From NCBI GenBank assembly GCA_016203665.1, contig JACQMJ010000005.1, positions 1,516 through 65,515 of the forward strand: DNA of 64,000 nt, in the 5' to 3' direction. Numbering within the stretch: position 1 is the stretch's first letter; the number at the start of each line of letters is the position of its first letter. The DNA comes from Candidatus Sungiibacteriota bacterium. GTDB taxonomy: Bacteria > Patescibacteriota > Minisyncoccia > Sungbacterales > SURF-37. Below the pieces are notes generated by a model. That model saw only the letters and a list, made by a program, of their open reading frames with translations. It searched no databases and was not told the DNA's origin. A program made the translations under genes and the position numbers. Of the stretch, positions 1-8,826 are shown piece by piece.

Positions 1-879
1 TTTAGCGTGAACCGGCTGGTCCCTGATCCTTCCAATCCCGAAACCCTCTACCTCCTCACCGACGGCAATGGCCTCTGGGTTTCGCGCTCGCGGGGCGATC
101 TCTGGGCGCCGGTTCATGATCGCGCCGCCGTACTGGAACCAACGGCTAATGTCCTGGCCATGGCCGTGAATCCGAGTGATCGGCGCGAATGGTACGTTGC
201 TGTATTCCAGCAAAATCGCGGCCGCGTGCTGCGCACTTCTGATGGCGGCGAGACGTTCCGCGAAATTTACTTCACGCCCGGCGAGCGCTACGGCGTTTTT
301 GACCTTTACTATGATCGCCTCCGCGGGAGCCTGGTTATTGCCACGGGCCAGGGCGGGCTCCTGGAAACAAGCGACCGCGGCCTGACGTGGCGAGTGGTGA
401 GGTGGTTTGCCGACGGGCTGGTACGCCTGCTCGCGGACCCCTCTAACCCGGCCAACTGGTACGTTATGACGCCGCGCGGCAGTATATTCCGTACGTTTGA
501 CCGCGGCGGTACGTGGACCGATGTAACCGATTCATTAAGAGAATTTTCCGGGGCGTTTAGTCGTCAGTACTGGACCATTGACCGCTCGGGCACGCTCTTC
601 GCCGGATCGCGCTACGGCCTCGTGCGCTCCAGCGACAACGGAACGACGTTTGCCGCCCCGCCGCTCATCATCCCGCCCGACGCTTTGCCGGTGCGCGCGG
701 TGGCCGTGGATCCGCGTGTCCCGGGCCGCATTATCGCCTCGGCCGCGAGCCAGCTCTACGGCAGCGTGGATGGCGGCGCGTCGTGGATCATATTGACGCC
801 CCCGAGCGAAAACCCCATCACGCATCTTTTGATTGATGCCGAGAAGTCGCAGACGCTCTACCTCGTGGCACAGCCATAG
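1..879 (+). CDS. BNR/Asp-box repeat beta-propeller protein (Ycf48/sialidase-like); 5' end probably outside window
   Basis: Five spaced S-x-D-x-G-x-T-W/F motifs (TSDGGETF, TSDRGLTW, TFDRGGTW, SSDNGTTF, SVDGGASW); frame is open to position 1. Confidence 0.7.
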   Translation, partial: FSVNRLVPDPSNPETLYLLTDGNGLWVSRSRGDLWAPVHDRAAVLEPTANVLAMAVNPSDRREWYVAVFQQNRGRVLRTSDGGETFREIYFTPGERYGVFDLYYDRLRGSLVIATGQGGLLETSDRGLTWRVVRWFADGLVRLLADPSNPANWYVMTPRGSIFRTFDRGGTWTDVTDSLREFSGAFSRQYWTIDRSGTLFAGSRYGLVRSSDNGTTFAAPPLIIPPDALPVRAVAVDPRVPGRIIASAASQLYGSVDGGASWIILTPPSENPITHLLIDAEKSQTLYLVAQP

Positions 880-982
880 ATGAAATTCCAAATGACAAAT
901 TCCAAATTGCAAAATTGTTTGGAATTTCAGATTTTTGTTCTTTTGTGATTCGGTGCTTGTAATTTGGGATTTGAAGAGCTCC

Positions 983-1525
983 ATGACTGATTTGCGCTCA
1001 AAACTCGACAAAGTTCTGGCCGGCCTCAAGGGCGACATCTCCTCCCTCCGCACTGGCCGCGCCACGCCCGCGCTTGTCGAGGATATCGCGGTTGAGGCCT
1101 ACGGCTCGCGCCAGCCCCTAAAGGCCCTTGCCGCCATTTCTATACCCGAGCCAAGGCAGATCGTTATTCAGCCGTGGGACAAGTCGCTCCTGCCGGCGGT
1201 GGAGAAAGCCATCCAGTCCTCCGCCCTTGGCATAAATCCCGTTGCCGACAAGGATATTATCCGCATTGCTATGCCCACGCTCACCGAGGAGCGCAAGCGC
1301 GATCTTGTGAAGTTATTGAAAGAGAAGCTCGAGAACGCGCGCATTCACGTGCGCCGGATACGGGACGAGGCGATGAAGGCGATAGAGGCCGAAGAAAAAG
1401 CCAAAGCCATTTCCGAGGACGAAAAATTCCGCAAAAAGCAGGAAACCGAGAAAGCGGTGGGGGAATGCAACAAAAAGATCGAAGAAACCGGCGCGTCCAA
1501 GGAGCGCGAGATCATGGCCGGATAG
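983..1525 (+). CDS. frr: ribosome recycling factor
   Basis: Frr-like throughout (LRTGRATPALVEDIAVEAYG, IQPWDKS, MPTLTEERKRDL); ATG 983 preferred over ORF-track start 935. Confidence 0.95.
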   Translation: MTDLRSKLDKVLAGLKGDISSLRTGRATPALVEDIAVEAYGSRQPLKALAAISIPEPRQIVIQPWDKSLLPAVEKAIQSSALGINPVADKDIIRIAMPTLTEERKRDLVKLLKEKLENARIHVRRIRDEAMKAIEAEEKAKAISEDEKFRKKQETEKAVGECNKKIEETGASKEREIMAG

Positions 1526-1526
1526 C

Positions 1527-2255
1527 ATGTTGAAGCAGCAGAGGCTGGCTGAAGTTCTGCTCGCGCGTAAGGCGGTCCATAGCGAGCGCGAGGCCTTTGT
1601 CATCGTTACGGAAGGCCGCGTTTACGTGAACGGCCAAAAAGCCATTTCGCCCGGACAGACGGTGAGCGATAGCGACGTTATTGAAGTGCGGGCCGGCCGG
1701 GAATTCGTAGGACGCGGAGCGCAAAAACTCGACGCCGCGCTCCGCGAGTTCAACATTGATGTCCGCGGGGCCGTGTGCGCCGATGTAGGTGCGGCTACTG
1801 GCGGGTTCACGGAAGTGCTTCTGAAGCATGGCGCGGCCAAGGTGTATGCCATTGATACCGGCCGCGGCAAACTTGATCTGAAACTGCGGCAAGACCCTCG
1901 CGTGGTGGTCATGGAAGAAACGAATGTGCTTGCCATGCCGCCGCTGCCGGAGCTGGTCGGGCTTATAAGTATCGATGTTTCACTGACATCGCTCCGCTTC
2001 GTACTGCCGAAAATACTGCCGTGGCTTTCCAGAGGCGGCTCGGTTGTCGCGCTCTTCAAGCCGCAATATGAAGTGGAAGATAAATCGCTCCTCGAGCATG
2101 GCATTCTCCGCGATGTGGCGGCTCGCGCCAAGCTTGTCGGAGCATTTCGCACCTGGCTAAAGGAGCACGGCTGGCGCGAGTTAGGGTTCATGGAGTCGCC
2201 CATCCGCGGCAGCGAGGGGAACGTGGAGTATTTATGGCATCTCGTGTCGGTATGA
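1527..2255 (+). CDS. tlyA: TlyA-family rRNA (cytidine-2'-O)-methyltransferase
   Basis: S4-like N-terminus plus FtsJ-type SAM motif DVGAATGGFTEVLL; starts 1 nt after frr stop. Confidence 0.88.
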   Translation: MLKQQRLAEVLLARKAVHSEREAFVIVTEGRVYVNGQKAISPGQTVSDSDVIEVRAGREFVGRGAQKLDAALREFNIDVRGAVCADVGAATGGFTEVLLKHGAAKVYAIDTGRGKLDLKLRQDPRVVVMEETNVLAMPPLPELVGLISIDVSLTSLRFVLPKILPWLSRGGSVVALFKPQYEVEDKSLLEHGILRDVAARAKLVGAFRTWLKEHGWRELGFMESPIRGSEGNVEYLWHLVSV

Positions 2256-2770
2256 ATCTCTTTAGTAGCCGAGTCTTTGTTGCCGAAACTGGCTCTCGCG
2301 GTCGTGGTGTCTTTGCGAAAGCACACATCACTACTGGTGAAGTATTCGATTTTTCCGACGAATCTTGGAAGTTGACCGAAGCAGATACGGTAAAAACATT
2401 ACCGAGAAAACTTCTTTGTTTATGTTGCGAATACGAACACGATCCTCGATTTATGGTATGTCCCACCGACTTTACTGCTCCACCGATAAGCCATATTGTG
2501 AATCACTCCTGCGATCCAAATATGGCGTCAACTGATAACTATGAAACGGTAGTAACTCTTCGCAACATCTCGCCAGGAGAGGAGCTGACATTCGATTATG
2601 CGACATTTAACACCGGCACTGATGAGTTCTATTGCACCTGTGGTGCAGCTTGTTGTCGTGGCTATGTAACCGGTATGGATTGGAGAATCCCTTCTTTGCA
2701 GGAGCGCCTCTCTGGTTACTTTCAGAAAAACATTCAAGAAAAGATTGACGCGCTGAAGCGGCAAGGATAA
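2252..2770 (+). CDS. SET-domain protein (putative protein-lysine methyltransferase)
   Basis: GRGVFA, NHSCDPN and ELTFDY SET motifs plus Cys-rich post-SET CTCGAACCRG; ATGA overlap with tlyA stop. Confidence 0.8.
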   Translation: MNLFSSRVFVAETGSRGRGVFAKAHITTGEVFDFSDESWKLTEADTVKTLPRKLLCLCCEYEHDPRFMVCPTDFTAPPISHIVNHSCDPNMASTDNYETVVTLRNISPGEELTFDYATFNTGTDEFYCTCGAACCRGYVTGMDWRIPSLQERLSGYFQKNIQEKIDALKRQG

Positions 2771-2781
2771 AATTCCCTTTT

Positions 2782-3858
2782 ATGCTTCTGACCATCCTCA
2801 TTTTCATCATTCTTCTCGGTGCGCTCGTGCTCGCGCATGAGTGGGGGCACTTTTTCGCCGCACGCCGCTTCGGCGTACGCGTGGAGGAGTTCGCTTTCGG
2901 CTTCCCGCCGCGCGTCGCAAGTTTTGTACGCAAGGGCACGCGCTACGCCTTGAACTTCATTCCCATTGGCGGATACGTGAAGATCTACGGCGAGTCCGGC
3001 GGGGATGGGCGCGATCCCGAAAGCTTCAGCTCGCGGCCGCTTTTCCAGCGCTTTGCCATTATCGCGGCCGGCGTTGCCATGAACGTTGTCTTGGCTTGGG
3101 CGCTCTTCTCTACCGGCCACGGCATCGGCCTGCCGACGGTGGTCGGTGAGGGCGAGATGGCGGCCGGCGCGGCGGTAACTATTATTGGCGTAGCGCCGGA
3201 TTCGCCGGCCGAGCGGGCCGGGCTTGAATTCGGCGATGTCATTAAAGAGGTCAAAAGCCGAACGTCAAATGCCAAAATCGAGCGCCTGGAGGATGTCCAA
3301 AAATTCATTGATGCGCATCGCGGCGAGGAGGTTATCTTTCAGTTGAAGCGCGGACGGGAGTTGATGGAACGCACGGCAGTCGCCCGCAGGGAGCCGCCGC
3401 CGGGCGAAGGCGCGGTCGGCATCGCCATGGCAGATGTCGGCATCGTGCGCTCGCCTTGGTGGCGGGCGCCGTGGGATGGAGCCAAAACAACGATGAGCGC
3501 CGCCGTAGCCATTACGACCGCCCTCGGCCGTACGGTGCGCGATCTTTTCAGCGAGGGCCGGCTGGCCGCCGAAGTATCCGGTCCGGTCGGCATATTCGTG
3601 TTCGCGAACGAGTCGCGGCGGCTTGGCATCGCCTATTTATTGGAGCTCGCTGGCATACTTTCGGTGAACTTGGCGCTATTGAATATTCTGCCGATCCCCG
3701 CGCTCGACGGGGGACGCATACTCTTCCTTTTTATTGAAGGCGTGCGCGGGGTCAAAATGAACCAGCGCCTTGAGCAGGCCATCCACACCGTCGGCTTCGC
3801 GCTCCTCATCCTCTTGATGGCGGCCATCACGTACCGGGATGTAGTGAGGATTTTTTAA
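2782..3858 (+). CDS. rseP: RIP (site-2) zinc metalloprotease, M50 family
   Basis: HEWGH in first TM helix, PDZ-like middle region, C-terminal NILPIPALDGG motif. Confidence 0.9.
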   Translation: MLLTILIFIILLGALVLAHEWGHFFAARRFGVRVEEFAFGFPPRVASFVRKGTRYALNFIPIGGYVKIYGESGGDGRDPESFSSRPLFQRFAIIAAGVAMNVVLAWALFSTGHGIGLPTVVGEGEMAAGAAVTIIGVAPDSPAERAGLEFGDVIKEVKSRTSNAKIERLEDVQKFIDAHRGEEVIFQLKRGRELMERTAVARREPPPGEGAVGIAMADVGIVRSPWWRAPWDGAKTTMSAAVAITTALGRTVRDLFSEGRLAAEVSGPVGIFVFANESRRLGIAYLLELAGILSVNLALLNILPIPALDGGRILFLFIEGVRGVKMNQRLEQAIHTVGFALLILLMAAITYRDVVRIF

Positions 3859-4035
3859 GTATTTGTCCTCCTCCTTTGACTTCCATCCCTGGCCATGCTA
3901 CCGTCCCCCTTGGGAGTTAAAAGCTCCCTAAAGGTCATCTTATCGTATCGAATACCGTCGTTTTACGAAGTATCAGGTGCTACGAATGCGTAGTATTCCA
4001 AGTTCGTAAAATAGTGCGTATTCGCAGCACCAATA

Positions 4036-4251
4036 ATGTATCAGCGAGACAACACCGCCGGCTTTGGGCCGCGACCGATGTTTACGCCCAAGGATGGCGT
4101 CTCCTGGACCTGCGCACAGTGCGGGGCCGAGATCACGGAACTGCCGTTCCAGCCGCGAACGGACGAGAACGGCGTTCCGACCTCTCCCCTTTACTGCCGC
4201 ACCTGCCACCGCGCACGGATGCAGGACGCAGGCCCCCGGCGACGGTACTAA
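4036..4251 (+). CDS. small zinc-ribbon protein (CxxC...CxxC)
   Basis: CAQC and CRTC pairs around an ELPFQP segment; followed by a clean terminator. Confidence 0.55.
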   Translation: MYQRDNTAGFGPRPMFTPKDGVSWTCAQCGAEITELPFQPRTDENGVPTSPLYCRTCHRARMQDAGPRRRY

Positions 4252-4262
4252 ACCCGTCAGCG

Positions 4263-4296
4263 CAAATCCCCGGATGGAACCGGGGATTTGTGTTTG
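4263..4296 (+). terminator. Rho-independent terminator
   Basis: AAATCCCCGG-atggaa-CCGGGGATTT followed by GTGTTTGG. Confidence 0.7.
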
Positions 4297-4427
4297 GAGT
4301 ATTTTCAGTTACCATTTGGGGACCACTTTTAAATTACAAACCACAAGCATTAAATTCCAAACAAGCCCAAAATTCAAAATTCCCACGCCGTTTGTAATTT
4401 GGAATTTGTTGTTTGGGGTTTTGCCCT

Positions 4428-5666
4428 ATGGATTTCTACGATTACCTCATCATCGGCAACGGCATTGCCGGCGCAACGGCGGCCGAGACCATTCGGGAGC
4501 GCGACCCTGCCGGGTCAGTTGCCGTAATTTCCGACGAGCCGCACCCGCTCTACTCGCGGGTGCTGCTGCCGAACTACGTGAAAGGGCTTGCCGCGCGCGA
4601 GCAGGTTTTTCTGCGCAAACGCGATGACTACCAGGCAAAAAACATTATGCTTCTTCAAGGCGAGTCTGCAGTTCGGCTCGCGGTGAGGGAGCGCATCCTG
4701 CACCTCGCCGGCGGCCGGACCATTGGCTTCGGCAAACTTTTGATCGCCAGCGGCGGCCGGCCGCGGCCGCTTGATGTTCCAGGCGGGGAGCTTTTGGGCG
4801 TATCGCGCTTCCAGACTATTAATGATGCCGATTTGATGCGCCAATTCCTGGCCGGCGCCAATCGCGCCGTTGTTGTCGGCGGCGGCTTCATCGCGCTGGA
4901 ATACCTTGAGATTTTAGTGTATTGCGGCATCCCGGCGACGCTCGTCATCCCGCAGCCATATTTTTTCAGCCGGTTTTTTGATGCGGCGGGCGGGGAGCTG
5001 CTGCAGGATAACTTTCGGCGCCACGGCATTGCCGTAATTGCGGGCGAGCGCCTGGCGGCCATTGAAGGGGAGAACCGGGTGCGGGCAGTGCGGCTTGCCA
5101 ACGGCAGAACGCTGGATGCCGATTTCCTCGGCATCGGCATAGGACTTGTGCGCAATACGGCGTGGCTCGGCGCGGGCGTTCTCCTCACCGGGGAAGGCGT
5201 TGCCGTCAACGAATACCTTGAAGCGTCGGAGCCCGGAATATTCGCCGCCGGCGACGTCGCCGATTTCAACGACATTATCCTCGGCTTTCGGCACAGCCAC
5301 GGCAACTGGGGCAATGCCTTTCGCCAGGGCGATTGCGCCGGCCGCAACATGGCTCGTCCGGCCGAGCGCGAACCCTACCAAAGCGTCACCTCCTACGGCA
5401 TCAGGAGCCTGGGCCTTCTGGTAGCACTCGTCGGTTATGCGTCCAATGGGCCGGGCATTGAGACCATCAGCCGGCTTGACCGTAAAGGACCGGCATATGG
5501 GCGGTACTTCCTTAAAGAAGGGCGGCTGGTCGGCGCCGCTCTTATCAACCGCCACGAGGAGCGGCCGGCCATCCAGGCGCTCATCAAGAGCGGCGAGCGC
5601 ATGAGTGATGCGGCATTGGCTGGGCTGGCGGATCCGAAATTTGACATTGCCGCGCTCACTCCCTAG
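4428..5666 (+). CDS. FAD/NAD(P)-dependent pyridine nucleotide-disulfide oxidoreductase
   Basis: IIGNGIAGATAA FAD fold, VVVGGGFIALE second dinucleotide fold, FAAGDVA motif; ATG 4428 preferred over TTG 4413. Confidence 0.8.
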   Translation: MDFYDYLIIGNGIAGATAAETIRERDPAGSVAVISDEPHPLYSRVLLPNYVKGLAAREQVFLRKRDDYQAKNIMLLQGESAVRLAVRERILHLAGGRTIGFGKLLIASGGRPRPLDVPGGELLGVSRFQTINDADLMRQFLAGANRAVVVGGGFIALEYLEILVYCGIPATLVIPQPYFFSRFFDAAGGELLQDNFRRHGIAVIAGERLAAIEGENRVRAVRLANGRTLDADFLGIGIGLVRNTAWLGAGVLLTGEGVAVNEYLEASEPGIFAAGDVADFNDIILGFRHSHGNWGNAFRQGDCAGRNMARPAEREPYQSVTSYGIRSLGLLVALVGYASNGPGIETISRLDRKGPAYGRYFLKEGRLVGAALINRHEERPAIQALIKSGERMSDAALAGLADPKFDIAALTP

Positions 5667-5675
5667 ATTTGCATC

Positions 5676-6398
5676 ATGAGCGATTCGACGACATCCGGAC
5701 AAGAGAGTTCAAAATTTTTGATTCCGGGCGCCATTGTTGTCGCCGGCGTGGTGATTGCCGGAGCCGTGCTCTATGGCGGCGGCTTACGAAATACACCCGC
5801 CGGCGGCAGCAGTGCGCCTCCTCCGGCAGTCGCGGCCGGCTCGCTCGCTGATGACGACCCGAGCCTCGGCGATCCGTCGGCCCCGGTAACGTTCGTCGAA
5901 TTCGGCGATTTCCAGTGCCCCTTTTGCAATAGCTTTTTCCGCGAGGCCGAGCCCGAGATTATTGAGCGTTATGTGAAGACCGGCAAGGTGCGCTTCGTTT
6001 ACCGCGACTTCGCGTTTCTGGGTGAGGAATCAGTCCGGGCGGCCGAGGCGTCCGAGTGCGCCGATGAGCAGGGGAAGTTCTGGGCCTATCATGATCGCTT
6101 GTACAATTTCATCTGGGACAACTACTACGCCAAGAACGAGTCGGGCGAGAACGTCGGCGCCTTCGCGGAGGCGAACCTGAAGCGCCTGGCGGCCGATAGC
6201 GGTTTGGATGCGGGGGCGTTCGCCGAGTGCCTATCCAGCCGGCGCTACCGGGCCGAGGTGGAGAAAGACATTGCCGACGGCCGCGCCGCCGGGGCGTCCG
6301 GCACGCCAACGGCCTTTATTAACGGTAAGATGATTGTCGGGGCACTGCCCTTTGGTCAGTTCCAGACGGCCATTGAGGCGGCGCTCGCCGGCAAATAG
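5676..6398 (+). CDS. DsbA-family thiol:disulfide oxidoreductase, membrane-anchored
   Basis: N-terminal TM helix then thioredoxin-fold active site FGDFQCPFC. Confidence 0.8.
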   Translation: MSDSTTSGQESSKFLIPGAIVVAGVVIAGAVLYGGGLRNTPAGGSSAPPPAVAAGSLADDDPSLGDPSAPVTFVEFGDFQCPFCNSFFREAEPEIIERYVKTGKVRFVYRDFAFLGEESVRAAEASECADEQGKFWAYHDRLYNFIWDNYYAKNESGENVGAFAEANLKRLAADSGLDAGAFAECLSSRRYRAEVEKDIADGRAAGASGTPTAFINGKMIVGALPFGQFQTAIEAALAGK

Positions 6399-6464
6399 GG
6401 CCGTGCTCCGAGCCGTGCACTTGACGCGTATCTTATACTGGAAATATAGGTAAATCATAAAACC

Positions 6465-6704
6465 ATGGCCAAGCACGTGAAAATATACACCACTCCGACC
6501 TGCGTCTACTGCCGGATGACGAAGCAGTTTTTTGAGGCCAATAACATCGCCTATGAGGAGTTGAATGTCGCTGCCGACGCCCGGGCTCGCGAGGAGATGA
6601 TTACGAAGTCGGGCCAGTTCGGCGTGCCGGTCACCGATGTTGACGGCCAGCTCGTCATCGGCTTTGACCAGGCGCGGCTTTCGGAGCTTCTGGAGATCAG
6701 GTGA
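6465..6704 (+). CDS. glutaredoxin/NrdH-like small redoxin
   Basis: KIYTTPTCVYC active site and GVPV motif in a 79-aa thioredoxin fold. Confidence 0.8.
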   Translation: MAKHVKIYTTPTCVYCRMTKQFFEANNIAYEELNVAADARAREEMITKSGQFGVPVTDVDGQLVIGFDQARLSELLEIR

Positions 6705-7279
6705 ACGACATGGCCAACGGGCAGCTGCCATCGGAGCGTGACCAGCGTATTGCCGCCGCAGGGCGGCGGCGGCTTTTGAGAAGTGCGTTATGGATTGGGA
6801 TCGCAGTTCTCGTTGTTGCCGGCGGCGGCTACGGCCTTATCCGCTACAGCCGCGAGCAATCAGTGCATCTGCCGGGTGTTGCCATTCCCGATCAGGGCCG
6901 GCAGCACGCGGCCTTGGGCACGCCCTTTGAATATAATTCCAATCCCCCGACTTCCGGCCCGCATTTTGACAATCCCGAAGAGTGGGGGATATTCCGCAAG
7001 GAAATACCGGATCAAATCATGGTCCATAATTTGGAGCACGGCGGCGTCTGGATCAGCTACCGGCCCGGCATCGCCACGAGCACCATTGAGCGGCTGGAGG
7101 CCCTTGGGCGCGAATTCGGCCGGAAAGTCATAATGGCGCCTCGCCAGGCCAATGACAGCGATATCGCGCTCGCGGCATGGACGCGGCTTGATAAATTTTC
7201 AGAGAGCGAATTCTCGGAGGAAAGGGTGCGCGATTTTGTCCGGGCCTGGCGCAATAAGGGACCGGAATTCGTTCCGTAA
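6701..7279 (+). CDS. DUF3105-like membrane-anchored protein
   Basis: TM helix; PPTSGPH and HNLEHGG motifs; GTGA overlap with preceding gene. Confidence 0.65.
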   Translation: MNDMANGQLPSERDQRIAAAGRRRLLRSALWIGIAVLVVAGGGYGLIRYSREQSVHLPGVAIPDQGRQHAALGTPFEYNSNPPTSGPHFDNPEEWGIFRKEIPDQIMVHNLEHGGVWISYRPGIATSTIERLEALGREFGRKVIMAPRQANDSDIALAAWTRLDKFSESEFSEERVRDFVRAWRNKGPEFVP

Positions 7280-7360
7280 AATTCAGCATGATGAATGCTG
7301 AATGGAGAATAGTCGGATTCGTCATCTATCATTTGGCATTCATCATTTAGCATTCCTTTC

Positions 7361-8362
7361 ATGTACGACCTCATCATCATAGGCGGAGGACCCGCTGCCG
7401 TCGGCGCCGGCGTCTATGCCGCGCGGAAAAAGCTGAAAACTCTGCTCGTTACCGAATCCTTCGGCGGGCAGTCCATTACCTCGGATTCGATTGAGAACTG
7501 GATCGGCGAGAAGTCGATTAACGGTTTTGATCTGGCGAAAAAGCTGGAGGAGCATGTTCGCGCCCAGTCATCCCTTGAGATTAAGATGCCGGAGCGCGTT
7601 ACCGCGGTGCGGGAGATCCCGTGCGTCGGCGATCCCGCCGCCGGATCGGCCAAGCGCTCCTGTGACTTTGAGACGGAGACGAATACCGGCGGCCGCTACC
7701 AGTCGAAAGCCGTCATCGTGACTTCCGGCTCGCGGCGGCGGAGGCTGGGCGTGCTCGGCGAGGAAAAATTTGAGGGTAAGGGCGTGGCGTTCTGCAGCAC
7801 GTGTGATGCTCCCATATTCGCCGGGAAGCGCGTGGCCGTCGTGGGCGGCGGAAACGCCGGGCTTGAGGCGGTGGTAGATCTCTTCCCGTATGCCGCGGAA
7901 ATTTATTTGCTGCACCGCGGGGGCGATCTCAAAGGCGACCCGGTGACCCAGGAAGAAATTAAGGCGAACTCCAAAGTTAGCGTCATCCTGAATGCCGAGG
8001 CCCAGGAGATTTTAGGCGATCAGTTCGTGACAGGCCTCGCCTATAAAGAAACGAAGATGGGGGAAATCAAGAAATTGGACGTGGACGGCGTTTTCGTGGA
8101 GATTGGCGCCGTACCGAATTCCGAAATCGTGAAGGGCATGGTGGAACTGAACCCCTACGGCGAGATCGTCATTGACCACCGCACTTCCCAAACCTCGAAG
8201 ACGGGCGTGTTCGCCGCCGGGGATGTCACGGACGAGCTTTACAAGCAGAATAATATTTCCGTGGGCGATGGCATTACCGCCGCGCTCTCGGCTTACAACT
8301 ACATACTGGGCCTGAAAAAGCAGACCGTAGCCGCCGAGAAACCGAACGGATCGACCATCTAA
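7361..8362 (+). CDS. thioredoxin-disulfide reductase-like flavoprotein
   Basis: IIIGGGPAA FAD motif, CSTC redox disulfide at the TrxB CATC position, VVGGGNAG NADPH motif, AAGDV. Confidence 0.8.
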   Translation: MYDLIIIGGGPAAVGAGVYAARKKLKTLLVTESFGGQSITSDSIENWIGEKSINGFDLAKKLEEHVRAQSSLEIKMPERVTAVREIPCVGDPAAGSAKRSCDFETETNTGGRYQSKAVIVTSGSRRRRLGVLGEEKFEGKGVAFCSTCDAPIFAGKRVAVVGGGNAGLEAVVDLFPYAAEIYLLHRGGDLKGDPVTQEEIKANSKVSVILNAEAQEILGDQFVTGLAYKETKMGEIKKLDVDGVFVEIGAVPNSEIVKGMVELNPYGEIVIDHRTSQTSKTGVFAAGDVTDELYKQNNISVGDGITAALSAYNYILGLKKQTVAAEKPNGSTI

Positions 8363-8409
8363 ACACGATCGCGGTTATTTTGTTTAGTTGAAATTAGGAG
8401 GATTTTACT

Positions 8410-8820
8410 ATGGATATACTGCGCAAATTTCATCCTCTCTGGGCCCTCCGGATCGGCCTCGGCCTCATGTATGTCTATTCCGGCACTTCGCTTATACGCC
8501 AGCCGCTTGATTGGCAGGGGTTTTTGCCGCCGTGGTTCGGTGACTTCGTCGGCCGGTTTATGCCATTGCCGACGTACTTTGCGATCCAGGGAGCGGGGGA
8601 ATTGGTCATGGCTGCCGTGTTTATCCTGCCGTTAGTGCCGCTTTATGTCGTTCGCATCGCGGCCGTTGCTGCAGCGCTTGAGTTTGCCGGCATCCTTCTC
8701 TTCACCGGCCTTGATCTCGTTACCTTTCGCGACATCGGGCTTCTTGGGGCGGCGGTCGCGTTGGTCGTGATGTCGTCCGTAAGGCTCGAGAATAATAAAA
8801 ATCCCTTCAGGCGGCCATAA
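8410..8820 (+). CDS. DoxX-like integral membrane protein (tentative)
   Basis: About four TM helices, no catalytic motif; last gene of the redox cluster. Confidence 0.45.
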   Translation: MDILRKFHPLWALRIGLGLMYVYSGTSLIRQPLDWQGFLPPWFGDFVGRFMPLPTYFAIQGAGELVMAAVFILPLVPLYVVRIAAVAAALEFAGILLFTGLDLVTFRDIGLLGAAVALVVMSSVRLENNKNPFRRP

Positions 8821-8826
8821 ATCAAG

